NCBI GenBank assembly: GCA_964412165.1
Contig: CAYPMW010000002.1
Coordinates: 1,324-65,323 of the forward strand
Reading direction: 5' to 3'
Origin: an uncultured Gammaproteobacteria bacterium
GTDB lineage: Bacteria; Patescibacteriota; Microgenomatia; UBA10105
DNA length: 64,000 bases
The translations under genes were made by a program, and so were the position numbers. The notes below the pieces were generated by a model. It saw only the letters and a program-made list of their open reading frames with translations, had not been told where the DNA came from and did not search any database. Every line of letters begins with the position of its first letter. Position 1 is the stretch's first letter. Shown piece after piece: positions 20,514 through 29,908 of this stretch.

Positions 20514-21052
20514 AACAACTTGTTCACACGCCTCATGCTATACTTGGCAAACCCGCGACGCCGGTTAAAATAATTGATTCTTTTATAAAGAAAATAATTT
20601 CTGAAATGAAAGATACGCTCTCAAAAGCAGATAATCCCAAGGGCGTCGGGCTCGCAGCACCTCAAATCGGCGAGTCCATTCAGATTTTTGTGATGAAACC
20701 TCACGATAAAGATCCAATCACTGTACATATCAATCCCATCTACATTTTAAAAAGCAAAGCGATGGTAACCGGTATTCCCGGCAGTGAAAATCGACTCGAA
20801 GGTTGTTTGTCGATACCTAAAATATGGGGCATCGTCAAAAGGCATAAATCAGTTGAAATCCAATATATGAATGAGGAGGAAAACAAGGTGCAAAAGGTAT
20901 TTTCAGGATTTCCTGCAATTATCGTTCAACATGAAATTGACCACTTGGGTGGTATTCTTTTTCCCAAACGGGTACTTGAACAAAATGGAAAATTATTTGA
21001 GTCGACGTATGATGACAGCGGAAAAGAAGTGCTCGAACCTATGAAATTATAA
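20510..21052 (+). CDS. def: Peptide deformylase
   Basis: GVGLAAPQIG, EGCLS, QHEIDH. Confidence 0.98.
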   Translation: MKQLVHTPHAILGKPATPVKIIDSFIKKIISEMKDTLSKADNPKGVGLAAPQIGESIQIFVMKPHDKDPITVHINPIYILKSKAMVTGIPGSENRLEGCLSIPKIWGIVKRHKSVEIQYMNEEENKVQKVFSGFPAIIVQHEIDHLGGILFPKRVLEQNGKLFESTYDDSGKEVLEPMKL

Positions 21053-21055
21053 TAA

Positions 21056-21973
21056 ATGAAACCGCGAATCGTCTTTTTCGGTACATCAGTGTACTCGCTC
21101 ATCGTTTTAGAGAAGTTATATGAGGAGAGCTATCCGATAGTCGGCATTGTCACCAAACCGGACCGGCCAGTAGGCCGAAAACACACACCCATACCCACAT
21201 CAGTCAAACTTTGGGCAGACTCACACCGTGTTCCCGCACACACACCCCAACCACGTTCCGATAAACCATGGCAATTTACCAATGAAAGACAAGTCACTCA
21301 GGAAGTACTTAAATTTAATCCGGAACTTTTACTAAGCGCGGATTTTACGCTTAAAATCCCCGCGGAGCTGGTGAACAAAGTTACATATCACGGGTTAAAC
21401 ATCCATCCGTCGCTTCTCCCCTCGTACCGCGGGCCAGCACCAGTACCATGGTCAATAATACATGGTGAAACTAAGACAGGGGTAACTATTGTAACAATCA
21501 GTCAGCATTTTGATTCTGGCAGGATAGTTGCTCAACAAGAAGAGGTCATTTTACCCACTGATACCACGCACTCGCTTCTCACCCGCCTTTTTACCAAAGG
21601 GGTAAAGTTATTAGTAGAAATATTACCAGAATTTCTTAAGAAACCCGCTTCTTACCAACTACCACCTACTACCTACAACCTACAACCTTCTTATTATCCT
21701 CGTCTGACGCGTAATGATGGTTTTGAAAAGTGGGAAAAGATAATTAAGGCTATCAAAAAAGGCACTGATGCTGCTCGTATTGAACGTAAATTCCGCGCCT
21801 TCCACCCCTGGCCTGGTCTTTGGACAAGTATTATACATAAAGGTAAATCTCTCAGATTAAAACTTTTAGATATAAAACTGGAGGGTAATGAATTAAAAAT
21901 TTCAAAATGGCAATTTGAAGGCAGAAAATCAGTGACCGGATCGCTTGAACAACTTCTAAATAGTCTTGTTTAA
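21056..21973 (+). CDS. fmt: Methionyl-tRNA formyltransferase
   Basis: IVFFGT, NIHPSLLPSYRGPAP; follows def. Confidence 0.95.
   Translation: MKPRIVFFGTSVYSLIVLEKLYEESYPIVGIVTKPDRPVGRKHTPIPTSVKLWADSHRVPAHTPQPRSDKPWQFTNERQVTQEVLKFNPELLLSADFTLKIPAELVNKVTYHGLNIHPSLLPSYRGPAPVPWSIIHGETKTGVTIVTISQHFDSGRIVAQQEEVILPTDTTHSLLTRLFTKGVKLLVEILPEFLKKPASYQLPPTTYNLQPSYYPRLTRNDGFEKWEKIIKAIKKGTDAARIERKFRAFHPWPGLWTSIIHKGKSLRLKLLDIKLEGNELKISKWQFEGRKSVTGSLEQLLNSLV
21651..21688 (+). repeat. Degenerate 7-bp tandem repeat inside fmt
   Basis: cttacca-actacca-cctacta-cctacaa-cctacaa-cct. Confidence 0.7.
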
Positions 21974-22237
21974 CCTCCTATCGATCTGTGTACTAAAGGC
22001 TAGAATATTACCAGGAAGACTACCTTTTTTATGAAGAAGTGAAATACAATCGGTACACAGTTTTACCCGTTCAATTGTAGCGTCACGAAAAACCCGAACG
22101 CTGTGGAGATTTGCCCGAAATACTTTACGTGATTTCTGGGCTTTATGTTTCCACGCACCACCAGCCACACCTTTGTGGTGTTGGCTTCTTCGACTGACTC
22201 GGTTTCTCTTGAGGCAATTAAAACATACGTAAGCCAT
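21956..22237 (-). CDS. rpmB: 50S ribosomal protein L28
   Basis: Two CxxC motifs; SRKVFRANLH; basic. Confidence 0.85.
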   Translation of the reverse strand: MAYVCFNCLKRNRVSRRSQHHKGVAGGAWKHKAQKSRKVFRANLHSVRVFRDATIERVKLCTDCISLLHKKGSLPGNILAFSTQIDRRLNKTI

Positions 22238-22345
22238 ACGCTACACAAAATTTGATTATAACAGAACTAGTGGGATGAAACAATACAAATGAGGAGTCCT
22301 GTTTACACTATTGACAAGCGTTTCAAAACATTCTACGCTCATTGT

Positions 22346-22609
22346 ATGGCAACACGCAGAAGAAATTATGCCCAATATTCGCCAATCGACCCTTCAATAC
22401 ATTTTATCTTATTTTTGGGTTTAGCACTGGTACTTGTAGTACTTGTTGCATCTCTCCTTATCGATACCAGCAAGAAAACTAGAGCTTACTTATTTTGTCC
22501 CAAACAAGATGCGATCCCGCAGCAGATTGCGCAAGACTGCCGCTATGGGATTGAATTGGTCGAAGAAAATGGCTGCCAGTTTTGGAAATGTAAATTGCTT
22601 ACCCCCTAA
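22346..22609 (+). CDS. Small single-TM protein with four-Cys C-terminal module
   Basis: TM helix; promoter TTGACA..TACGCT just upstream of this ATG. Confidence 0.6.
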   Translation: MATRRRNYAQYSPIDPSIHFILFLGLALVLVVLVASLLIDTSKKTRAYLFCPKQDAIPQQIAQDCRYGIELVEENGCQFWKCKLLTP

Positions 22610-22686
22610 CTCACCTTATCTTTTTTTTATAAATCTGTCTAGCTTGTAGTTTGGCTACTATTTGGGTATACTTTAATTTGATAATT

Positions 22687-23328
22687 GTGGAAATTCCTGC
22701 ATTAATAATTCAATTTATTGTACTCATCATCGCCATAACTGTACATGAATTTGCGCATGCATTTACGGCAGATAGATTCGGAGATCCAACCCCCCGGCTT
22801 GATGGTCGCTTGACACTCAACCCTCTTTCTCACCTCGATCCGCTGGGGACAATCATGATTTTTTTGGTTGGATTCGGTTGGGGAAAACCAGTGCAATTTG
22901 ATCCGTACAATCTTGAACGCCCGCGAAGGGATGCGGCTATCATCTCTCTGGCTGGTCCCGCATCAAATTTTGTGATAGCGATTTTTATAGCAGTAATAAT
23001 GCGCATTTTAACTCTTTCCGGAATTGAAATGTTAGCACCTGGGACCAATCTAATTTCGCAGTTTTTTTCAGGTTTACTCGAATCGCTCGTGTTTTTTAAT
23101 ATAGTACTCGGTGTATTTAATCTCATACCAGTACATCCTCTTGACGGATTTAAAATCGTTGAAGGTATCCTACCGAGTGAGCAGGCGCGAGAGTGGCAAT
23201 CGCTCGAGCGCTACGGATTTATTATCTTACTCATTCTCGTATTTCCAATTTTTTCTAATCCTGCGCCGATAAGCCGGATTATTAGCCCTGTAATCAGAAC
23301 GTTTTATAAATTACTATTACCAGTCTAG
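22687..23328 (+). CDS. Site-2 protease (peptidase M50)
   Basis: HEFAH, AGPASN, NLIPVHPLDG; start taken at GTG. Confidence 0.95.
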   Translation: MEIPALIIQFIVLIIAITVHEFAHAFTADRFGDPTPRLDGRLTLNPLSHLDPLGTIMIFLVGFGWGKPVQFDPYNLERPRRDAAIISLAGPASNFVIAIFIAVIMRILTLSGIEMLAPGTNLISQFFSGLLESLVFFNIVLGVFNLIPVHPLDGFKIVEGILPSEQAREWQSLERYGFIILLILVFPIFSNPAPISRIISPVIRTFYKLLLPV

Positions 23329-23454
23329 AAAATTCAGGCATGCTTTCACATATTTTTTCGCAAAAAAATTTTCATTCGGCACTGAATGTAGGTTAAGAGA
23401 AAAACTCTCTCTAAATGTTAAATTCTGGAGCCTTGGAAATACACCTCTCCTCTA

Positions 23455-23483
23455 TTGACTTTCGAGGCTAATTTTCATACACT
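23455..23483 (+). promoter_or_regulatory. sigma70-type promoter for the ncRNA candidate
   Basis: TTGACT-17 bp-TACACT. Confidence 0.7.
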
Positions 23484-23485
23484 TA

Positions 23486-23683
23486 AGAGTGCCCAACTGG
23501 ATAGAGGAAAGTTGAAAACCTATTTTCCTCCACAGAATCAATTTCGATGGGGTAGTCCGAGCAATCGGGCAACGAGGCGAATCTCCCGCCTTCATCTGAA
23601 ATTTCAATGTATGGCGGGATGAGCCTTCCTATTTTGCTCTATCGGGGAAAACGTTTTTAACTTTCACCGTTCGGTTGGGTCTT
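23486..23683 (+). ncRNA. Structured ncRNA candidate, 6S-like in length and closed rod shape
   Basis: Ends pair (CCCAACTGGA/TTCGGTTGGG; GAAAGTTGAAAAC/GTTTTTAACTTTC); internal hairpins; no ORF; own promoter. Confidence 0.6.
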
Positions 23684-23811
23684 CCATTACCTAAAATTCC
23701 TCAAAGTCGTGGTATAATTTCCTCCGTATATAATCACAATTTACCAAAAACAGGTTCTTCGTGGATCTGATAAAATCAGATTAGATGTGCGGGATCTTAT
23801 AAAATCGGCAT

Positions 23812-23883
23812 GCCGAGATAGCTCAGTGGTAGAGCAACTGTTTTGTAAACAGTAGGTCCGGGGTTCGACCCCCCGTCTCGGCT
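23812..23883 (+). tRNA. tRNA-Thr(TGT)
   Basis: Acceptor GCCGAGA/TCTCGGC; anticodon arm ACTGT-TTTGTAA-ACAGT; GGTTCGAC T-loop; CCA not encoded. Confidence 0.97.
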
Positions 23884-23960
23884 CCTCAGGCGGTAAGCTC
23901 GATTTGTACTGGGATAAACAGCAGATCCATGATTTAATCCAGTCATACTGATACATTACA

Positions 23961-24329
23961 TTGCTTAAAAAGCAAATACCACTCATGATGGAACGCGAAG
24001 GCAGAAACGAGTGGCAGATTAGAAGGTTAGCACTGTTATCGCAGGATTTTATCCGTACCGCTTGGGATGATTTAGTACCGATCCATTTAAGTCCCAAGAC
24101 TTTTGCATCACGCTCGATTGAGGAATATGAAGTCAAAAAAGATGAAACACAACATTTGCTCGGCATCCGTCATTTACCTTGCGATACATACACTTTACTT
24201 GATCCTTCCCAACAGGAGTTTTTTGGACTCCATACGTGGCCGCCTTCAGATGAAAGCTTACAGGCGCTTTTAAACAGGCATGACGGCTTATGTCAAGACC
24301 TTGAACGCTTCTTTCAAGCCGATACTTAA
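23961..24329 (+). CDS. Hypothetical protein, possibly a 5'-truncated remnant
   Basis: Frame runs back to the tRNA end with a single TGA at 23949. Confidence 0.45.
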   Translation: MLKKQIPLMMEREGRNEWQIRRLALLSQDFIRTAWDDLVPIHLSPKTFASRSIEEYEVKKDETQHLLGIRHLPCDTYTLLDPSQQEFFGLHTWPPSDESLQALLNRHDGLCQDLERFFQADT

Positions 24330-24408
24330 AATCTCTTGTTTAACCATCCGAATTTGCCTTTACGTGTCTGCTGTATTATAATTTTGGTTATTATAACGAC
24401 CTAATCAT

Positions 24409-24885
24409 ATGGCACAAACACCTGAAGCCGAACGCAGATCCCAAGCACTAGCCCTAATTTATGAAAGGGCTCAACAGCGTTTTGCCGAATCGCGAGATAG
24501 AGAGACACTCCATGCAGTGCTTGATGAAGCCCAGGAAGCATACATAGAAGCTAGACTTCTGACCCGCCTGACGCTTGTTGAAGTCCATCAAGGTGACAGG
24601 TTGACGTTGCTGACACCTTTCCTAAGGTTTTACGGTAAGGAATTCCAAGGATTACGAGAGCTCAATCCGTACCATTCATCTTCCGAGTGGACAGTGACAT
24701 ATATAACTTTTGGCCAAAATGCCGGTGCCACCCTCGAAAGCAGACCTAAGGATAAAGTCGCGGAACGCTTGAAGTTGGGGGCCGATCCTGAGGCTATTTC
24801 CTCCTATTTTACTAACGACCGCGGACTTCTCGAACTTGCGGGTTTCCGGCAGCGGCTCACTGTTGAATTACTATTACCCGGATAA
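24409..24885 (+). CDS. Hypothetical protein
   Basis: 158-aa ORF. Confidence 0.6.
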   Translation: MAQTPEAERRSQALALIYERAQQRFAESRDRETLHAVLDEAQEAYIEARLLTRLTLVEVHQGDRLTLLTPFLRFYGKEFQGLRELNPYHSSSEWTVTYITFGQNAGATLESRPKDKVAERLKLGADPEAISSYFTNDRGLLELAGFRQRLTVELLLPG

Positions 24886-24936
24886 AACATGATTTATCTG
24901 GATTATAGTGCTATCGCAGTTGATTCATTTAAGACA

Positions 24937-25614
24937 ATGCGCATACTCCTCATCGAAGACGAACAGAAGCTAGCTCTGTCTCTTAAAAAAGCTTTGGAAA
25001 GCGAACGGTTTGCAGTCGATACGTGTTTCGATGGCCAAGAAGGGTATGTTCAGGCGGTAGTGGAATCGTATGACGCAATTATCCTTGATCTCACCCTCCC
25101 CTCCCTTGACGGACTTACTATCGCCCAGAAACTGCGCGAGGAAGGTTGTCACACTCCAATACTTATGCTCACAGCACGCGATAACGTCGCCTATAAGATT
25201 GAGGGACTCACGAAAGGCGCTGATGATTACGTCGTTAAGCCTTTTCACTTTGAGGAGTTAGTCGCTCGACTTCACTCTCTCATTCGCCGAAGTTCGCCTA
25301 ACCAAGCCACAGTGCTAGAGGTTGGAACATTGAAACTTGATCCTTTCGCAAAAGAAGTTACACGCTCTGGTAAAAAGATCGCCCTTAGCGCCAAAGAATA
25401 TACCCTCCTTGAATTTCTGATTAGGCACGTAAACCACGTCGTTACTAAAACCCAAATCATTGAACATGTCTGGGACAGCGAACTTGACCCCTTTTCAAAT
25501 GTAGTCGATGTTTATATCGGGTATGTAAGATCAAAAATTGATAAAGCATTTCCAAAGGAAAAGCAACTACTTAAAACACTCAAGGGCTTAGGCTATAAAC
25601 TTTCATATGAATGA
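24937..25614 (+). CDS. OmpR-family response regulator
   Basis: MRILLIEDE, LDLTLP, GADDYVVKPF, winged helix. Confidence 0.95.
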   Translation: MRILLIEDEQKLALSLKKALESERFAVDTCFDGQEGYVQAVVESYDAIILDLTLPSLDGLTIAQKLREEGCHTPILMLTARDNVAYKIEGLTKGADDYVVKPFHFEELVARLHSLIRRSSPNQATVLEVGTLKLDPFAKEVTRSGKKIALSAKEYTLLEFLIRHVNHVVTKTQIIEHVWDSELDPFSNVVDVYIGYVRSKIDKAFPKEKQLLKTLKGLGYKLSYE

Positions 25615-26608
25615 ATTTCAAAAAGCTAGGCTAAAACTGACATTGTGGTATCTAGTGATTATCGCAGTCCTTCTTGCGATTTCATCACTCGCCGCAATAG
25701 ATGCTGAAAAAAGGGCATTTGCGAGAATCGAACAGGCTTTGTCTGATCGTATCCAGCGACCCAAACTCACCGCACTACTTGAACAGCGCCTAGGAGAATT
25801 TGAAGGCAGGTTTATCAAAAGACTGATTGCTCTTGACCTGGTTCTCTTTGCGATTGGGGCTCTCGGGAGCTACTTTTTAAGTGGCAAGACCCTCAAGCCG
25901 ATCCAGAATATGCTTGTCGAACAGGAAGAATTTGCGGGTGATGCCTCGCATGAGCTGAGAACTCCACTCACCACCATCAATATGGAAATTGAGGCTCTGA
26001 AACGAACGAAAAAAGTTCCTCAACCGTATCTTGAAGCATTTCAAAACGTCCAGGACGAAGTCAAACGCATGACCGCTATAGTCGAAGGGCTTTTGACTTT
26101 TGTTCGCGGTAAGATGATTAAATCTCTTGAACTAACGCACCTGGAACTGACGTCGCTAGTCAACCAAACACTTAAAGAAATGCGTCGAATAGCACTCGCA
26201 AAGCAAATCACGCTGGATCAATCGTACGCGGAGAAAGTTTTTGTCAGAGGTGATACCGACAGACTCAAACAGGCACTTATTATCTTAATTGAAAATGCTA
26301 TTAACTACTCACCTCCGGTAACTACAGTACTTATCCAACTAAGCTCCGATATAAATCGCGTGTACATCCGTGTCCAAGACGAAGGCTATGGCATCACAAA
26401 GAAAGATTTACCCCACATCTTCGACCGGTTTTACCGCGGAAGATATCAGGGAACTACCAAAGGAGCAGGTTTAGGTCTTTCTATCGCTAGGCAAATAATT
26501 GAGTCGCATGGAGGTCAAATTCAGGTGGTAAGTGAAGTTGGGAAGGGATCAGTTTTTACCGTCTTTCTTCCTCGTCATGCGGAAACTTCAGGAATCTCGC
26601 GTAAATAG
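25607..26608 (+). CDS. Sensor histidine kinase
   Basis: Two TMs, SHELRTPL, ENAINY, GAGLGLSI. Confidence 0.95.
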   Translation: MNEFQKARLKLTLWYLVIIAVLLAISSLAAIDAEKRAFARIEQALSDRIQRPKLTALLEQRLGEFEGRFIKRLIALDLVLFAIGALGSYFLSGKTLKPIQNMLVEQEEFAGDASHELRTPLTTINMEIEALKRTKKVPQPYLEAFQNVQDEVKRMTAIVEGLLTFVRGKMIKSLELTHLELTSLVNQTLKEMRRIALAKQITLDQSYAEKVFVRGDTDRLKQALIILIENAINYSPPVTTVLIQLSSDINRVYIRVQDEGYGITKKDLPHIFDRFYRGRYQGTTKGAGLGLSIARQIIESHGGQIQVVSEVGKGSVFTVFLPRHAETSGISRK

Positions 26609-26650
26609 CTATTCAGTAAATTATTATACGCTTAAACAGCCCTCGATCGT

Positions 26651-26669
26651 TTCTTAGGTTATTCTTAAC
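26651..26669 (+). promoter_or_regulatory. Putative OmpR-type direct repeat
   Basis: TTCTTAG...TTCTTAA about one helical turn apart, upstream of TATACT. Confidence 0.45.
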
Positions 26670-26704
26670 TTGTCCGTGTATACTTTCCGCATTACCCAAA
26701 GGAG

Positions 26705-27247
26705 GTGATATTCATGAAACGACTCGTTTTTCTCACAACTCTCTCGGTACTTGCAACTGTCTCACTGACCATAACGCAGCCAGTCTACGCGCAGACACTT
26801 CGTCCGGTACGAGAACGCAAATGTGACGTGGTGCAAAAGAAACTTGAACAGCGTGTTGCCACATACCGTGAACACAGGGACGATCATATCGAAAAGTATG
26901 AAACAGTCAAGGATCGGATAAAAAATATCATTAGCAAATTCAACGACAAAGGATACGATACATCCGAACTTGAAGCGGATCTGGTAGTTCTTGACGGAAA
27001 AATTAAAAAATTCCAAAGTGATGCGGATGCATTTTTTATAAAACTCGAAGGCGCCAATGACTATGTGTGCGGCGATTCAGAAGGAAAATTCCGAAGTGGC
27101 ATTCGTGAAGCTAGAGATTTGCTCAAAGTAGTTCGTGAAGATGCACAGGATATCAAGTCGTATTATCAGACAACTATAAAGGAAGATTTGGAAAACTTAA
27201 GAAATCAACCAAAACCGACTTCTAGCCCGTTGACTGTGACCGAGTAG
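26705..27247 (+). CDS. Secreted coiled-coil protein
   Basis: Signal peptide (VYA), helical heptads, GGAGGTG RBS; true start may be 26714. Confidence 0.8.
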   Translation: MIFMKRLVFLTTLSVLATVSLTITQPVYAQTLRPVRERKCDVVQKKLEQRVATYREHRDDHIEKYETVKDRIKNIISKFNDKGYDTSELEADLVVLDGKIKKFQSDADAFFIKLEGANDYVCGDSEGKFRSGIREARDLLKVVREDAQDIKSYYQTTIKEDLENLRNQPKPTSSPLTVTE

Positions 27248-27317
27248 CAAAGATTTCCTGGCCAGCAAGCGGAATTTTACCCTTGACTGGCCAGGATAAT
27301 CATTTACAATATATCAT

Positions 27318-27608
27318 ATGTCGAAAAAACCATTTACCATAACAACAGGAATTGTAATCACTCTTCTTATATTTGCCTCAATTCTTTGGGTAATTATCAA
27401 TCAGCGTGGAAAATCTGATTTCAATGAATTGAATGAACTAAGAAGCGACGAATCATTTAACAGTCAGGGGTTGGAAGGACTTGAGGAAGAGATTTCTGGC
27501 TCTGAGAATCTGGACTCAGAGTTGGAAAAAGAACTTAAAGAACTTGAGGGCGAGATTGACTCTTTGGATAATAATGCCTTTGCGGACGAACCTTTATCTG
27601 ATTTATAA
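27318..27608 (+). CDS. Single-TM protein with acidic tail
   Basis: TM plus E/D-rich helix. Confidence 0.7.
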   Translation: MSKKPFTITTGIVITLLIFASILWVIINQRGKSDFNELNELRSDESFNSQGLEGLEEEISGSENLDSELEKELKELEGEIDSLDNNAFADEPLSDL

Positions 27609-27613
27609 CTGCC

Positions 27614-27907
27614 ATGTATACCAATAAACTGACAGCGAAACGCTCATTCAGAAATACACTACTTGTATTTTTAGTAGGAGTCACAATAGCAGTGAGTGCA
27701 TTCCTAATCACGTTTCTCACAACCAATAAAGCCCAGGAGAAAAGCGAGTATACCAATCTGAATATCCCTTTACCCACGATACCACTACGCTCATCGGTTG
27801 AACCAATCTCTCCGAAAGTACATGAGTTTCAAATTCCCTCTCCAGTACTCACGGCTTCTCCAGAAGCAACAGAGGATTCTGAACCTGTGATCAATCCTAA
27901 CGAATGA
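27614..27907 (+). CDS. Single-TM protein with Pro-rich tail
   Basis: TM plus P/S/E-rich region; operon spacing. Confidence 0.65.
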   Translation: MYTNKLTAKRSFRNTLLVFLVGVTIAVSAFLITFLTTNKAQEKSEYTNLNIPLPTIPLRSSVEPISPKVHEFQIPSPVLTASPEATEDSEPVINPNE

Positions 27908-27921
27908 AACTCTACTAATGT

Positions 27922-29004
27922 ATGCAGAATCTTGACGATCGATTAGCTATCACGAGAACTCCCAATGGCGAAGTCGTCATGACTTCGATCAATTCTTTTC
28001 CTGATCAACTACGTCAGGCGTGGAAAGAAGCAAGCTCCCTCAACTTTCCTGAAGATTACAAACGAGTACGAAATATTGTCGTTTGTGGAATGGGCGGATC
28101 CAGGTTCGGACCTTTAATAGTCAAGGAATTATTCAAACATGAAATTTCAGTTCCTTATTTTATCAACGATACGTATGATCTTCCCGGCTTTGTTGGAGCG
28201 AGTACTCTCGTTATTCTCTCCTCATACTCAGGAACTACTGAAGAGGTGCTCGTCTGTGCCGAAGTAGCCAAGAAGAAACAGGCAAAAATATGTGGATTGT
28301 GCCTTGGTGGACCGCTCGCATCATTTTTTAAATCAAACAACCTCCCAGCATATATTTTTCAAACTCCATATAATCCCAGCAATCAACCTCGGATTGGTGT
28401 TGGCTATATGGTGGCTGGGCATATTGGTCTCCTATTTGGGAGCGGCTATCTTCTGATAGATCCTTCTGAAATTGATGAGGCAATTAAAAACCTCCCAGGA
28501 CTTCTCAAGCATTATACGTTTGAGGAAGAGACTAAGGCAAATCCTGCAAAACAAATGGCTTTGACCCTCTATGACAAATATCCCTATTACGTAACGGCAG
28601 AGCATTTAAGAGGGGTGGGCAATGCAATTGCCAACCAAACCAATGAAACAGCCAAATCGATCTCTTCTTTCCGCTACATTCCAGAGCTCAACCACCACCT
28701 GATGGAAGGTTTATCTTTCCCTCAAGCACATAAATCTATGGCGATTTTTGTATTTTTTACCTCAAATCTGTATGACCCACGCATCAAAGTTAGATTTGAG
28801 GTGACCAAAGATGTAGTCGAGCAAAATGGCATACAAACACTTACGCTTGAACTCGCTGGAAAAACCCGCCTCGAACAGGCTCTGGAACTCGTGGGCTATG
28901 GTAGTTTCATGACCATGTACCTAGCAATTCTCTATAAACAGGATCCGTCGGCAATACCGTGGGTGGATTATTTTAAAAAACGGCTGCAGGAACTATCAGC
29001 CTGA
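27922..29004 (+). CDS. Bifunctional phosphoglucose/phosphomannose isomerase (SIS domain)
   Basis: CGMGGS, SYSGTTEE, QPR, NETAK, PELNHH. Confidence 0.9.
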   Translation: MQNLDDRLAITRTPNGEVVMTSINSFPDQLRQAWKEASSLNFPEDYKRVRNIVVCGMGGSRFGPLIVKELFKHEISVPYFINDTYDLPGFVGASTLVILSSYSGTTEEVLVCAEVAKKKQAKICGLCLGGPLASFFKSNNLPAYIFQTPYNPSNQPRIGVGYMVAGHIGLLFGSGYLLIDPSEIDEAIKNLPGLLKHYTFEEETKANPAKQMALTLYDKYPYYVTAEHLRGVGNAIANQTNETAKSISSFRYIPELNHHLMEGLSFPQAHKSMAIFVFFTSNLYDPRIKVRFEVTKDVVEQNGIQTLTLELAGKTRLEQALELVGYGSFMTMYLAILYKQDPSAIPWVDYFKKRLQELSA

Positions 29005-29089
29005 GCCTATCTGCTCCTTTTCAGGAACCGCTCTTGAATTTGTCACATCAAGAACAGCTTTTACTGGAAATTAGTCTTACACCGCAGTC

Positions 29090-29737
29090 TTACTTTTCCT
29101 CTATCGTAGCAGAGAGAATCTTTACTGTCTCAGTTGGCTTTGAGGCTTCTCCTTGAGCGCCGGCTGTAACTGGAGTCGCAGCAATTGTATCAAGTGTAGT
29201 CAGACTCTCTGTATCGGTAAGGTCTATAACGCCAAAAACAGTATACTGTTTGGGCAAATTATAATCTTTGTGGATAATGAAAAATTGGCTGCCGTTGGTA
29301 TTGAGTCCGGCATTGGCCATGGCGACTATTCCGCGACTATATGCTCGATTCACCGGCTCATTCTCAAACTGATACCCCGGCCCTCCCCCACCAGTCCCGG
29401 TGGGATCTCCGGTCTGTACCATGAAATCTTTGATAATCCGGTGAAAAACAACGCCATCATAATATTTTTCTCGGGTTAAGAAGACGAAATTATTGACCGT
29501 TTTGGGAGCCTCATTGGCCAGTAAATTGAATTTTATCGTGCCTTTATCTGTCTTAAGACTAGCTGTGTATGTTTTATTAGTTTCAATCACCATTTCTGGG
29601 GGTTTATTCCATGATTTCATAGCGTTCACTTCTGATGACGAACCAGGCGACTCTCTTTGCGCCGGTACAGTACCAAGGAAGCCAATACCTATTATAATAG
29701 CAATTGCCGCAATAACTAAAGCGACCCATTTCAACAT
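29090..29737 (-). CDS. Cyclophilin-type peptidyl-prolyl isomerase, membrane-anchored
   Basis: FHRIIKDFMVQTGDP, AMANAG, NGSQFFI. Confidence 0.95.
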   Translation of the reverse strand: MLKWVALVIAAIAIIIGIGFLGTVPAQRESPGSSSEVNAMKSWNKPPEMVIETNKTYTASLKTDKGTIKFNLLANEAPKTVNNFVFLTREKYYDGVVFHRIIKDFMVQTGDPTGTGGGGPGYQFENEPVNRAYSRGIVAMANAGLNTNGSQFFIIHKDYNLPKQYTVFGVIDLTDTESLTTLDTIAATPVTAGAQGEASKPTETVKILSATIEEK

Positions 29738-29908
29738 ACCACATAACTATACACATTTTCTCCGGCTTTGCAAGAAGTTTCTCCAGTCCCGAAGGTATTA
29801 ACATAGTTTATTTCCCTCACGGCACATCCGTAAACAGGCGATAAATGATTTCGGATGTACGGCCTGGAAAAAATGAGGCAAGGCGGTTCAACTTTAACTG
29901 TAAATCTT

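Noticed and set aside
23486-23683. SRP RNA, tmRNA or RNase P RNA
   Set aside because: Lacks the SRP helix-8 motif, tRNA-like ends and RNase P conserved blocks.
23763-23806. 15-bp direct repeat GGATCT(G/T)ATAAAATC as a mini-CRISPR
   Set aside because: Only two short units, 14-bp spacer, no cas genes.
23741-24166. 141-aa minus-strand ORF
   Set aside because: Antisense to tRNA-Thr; spurious.
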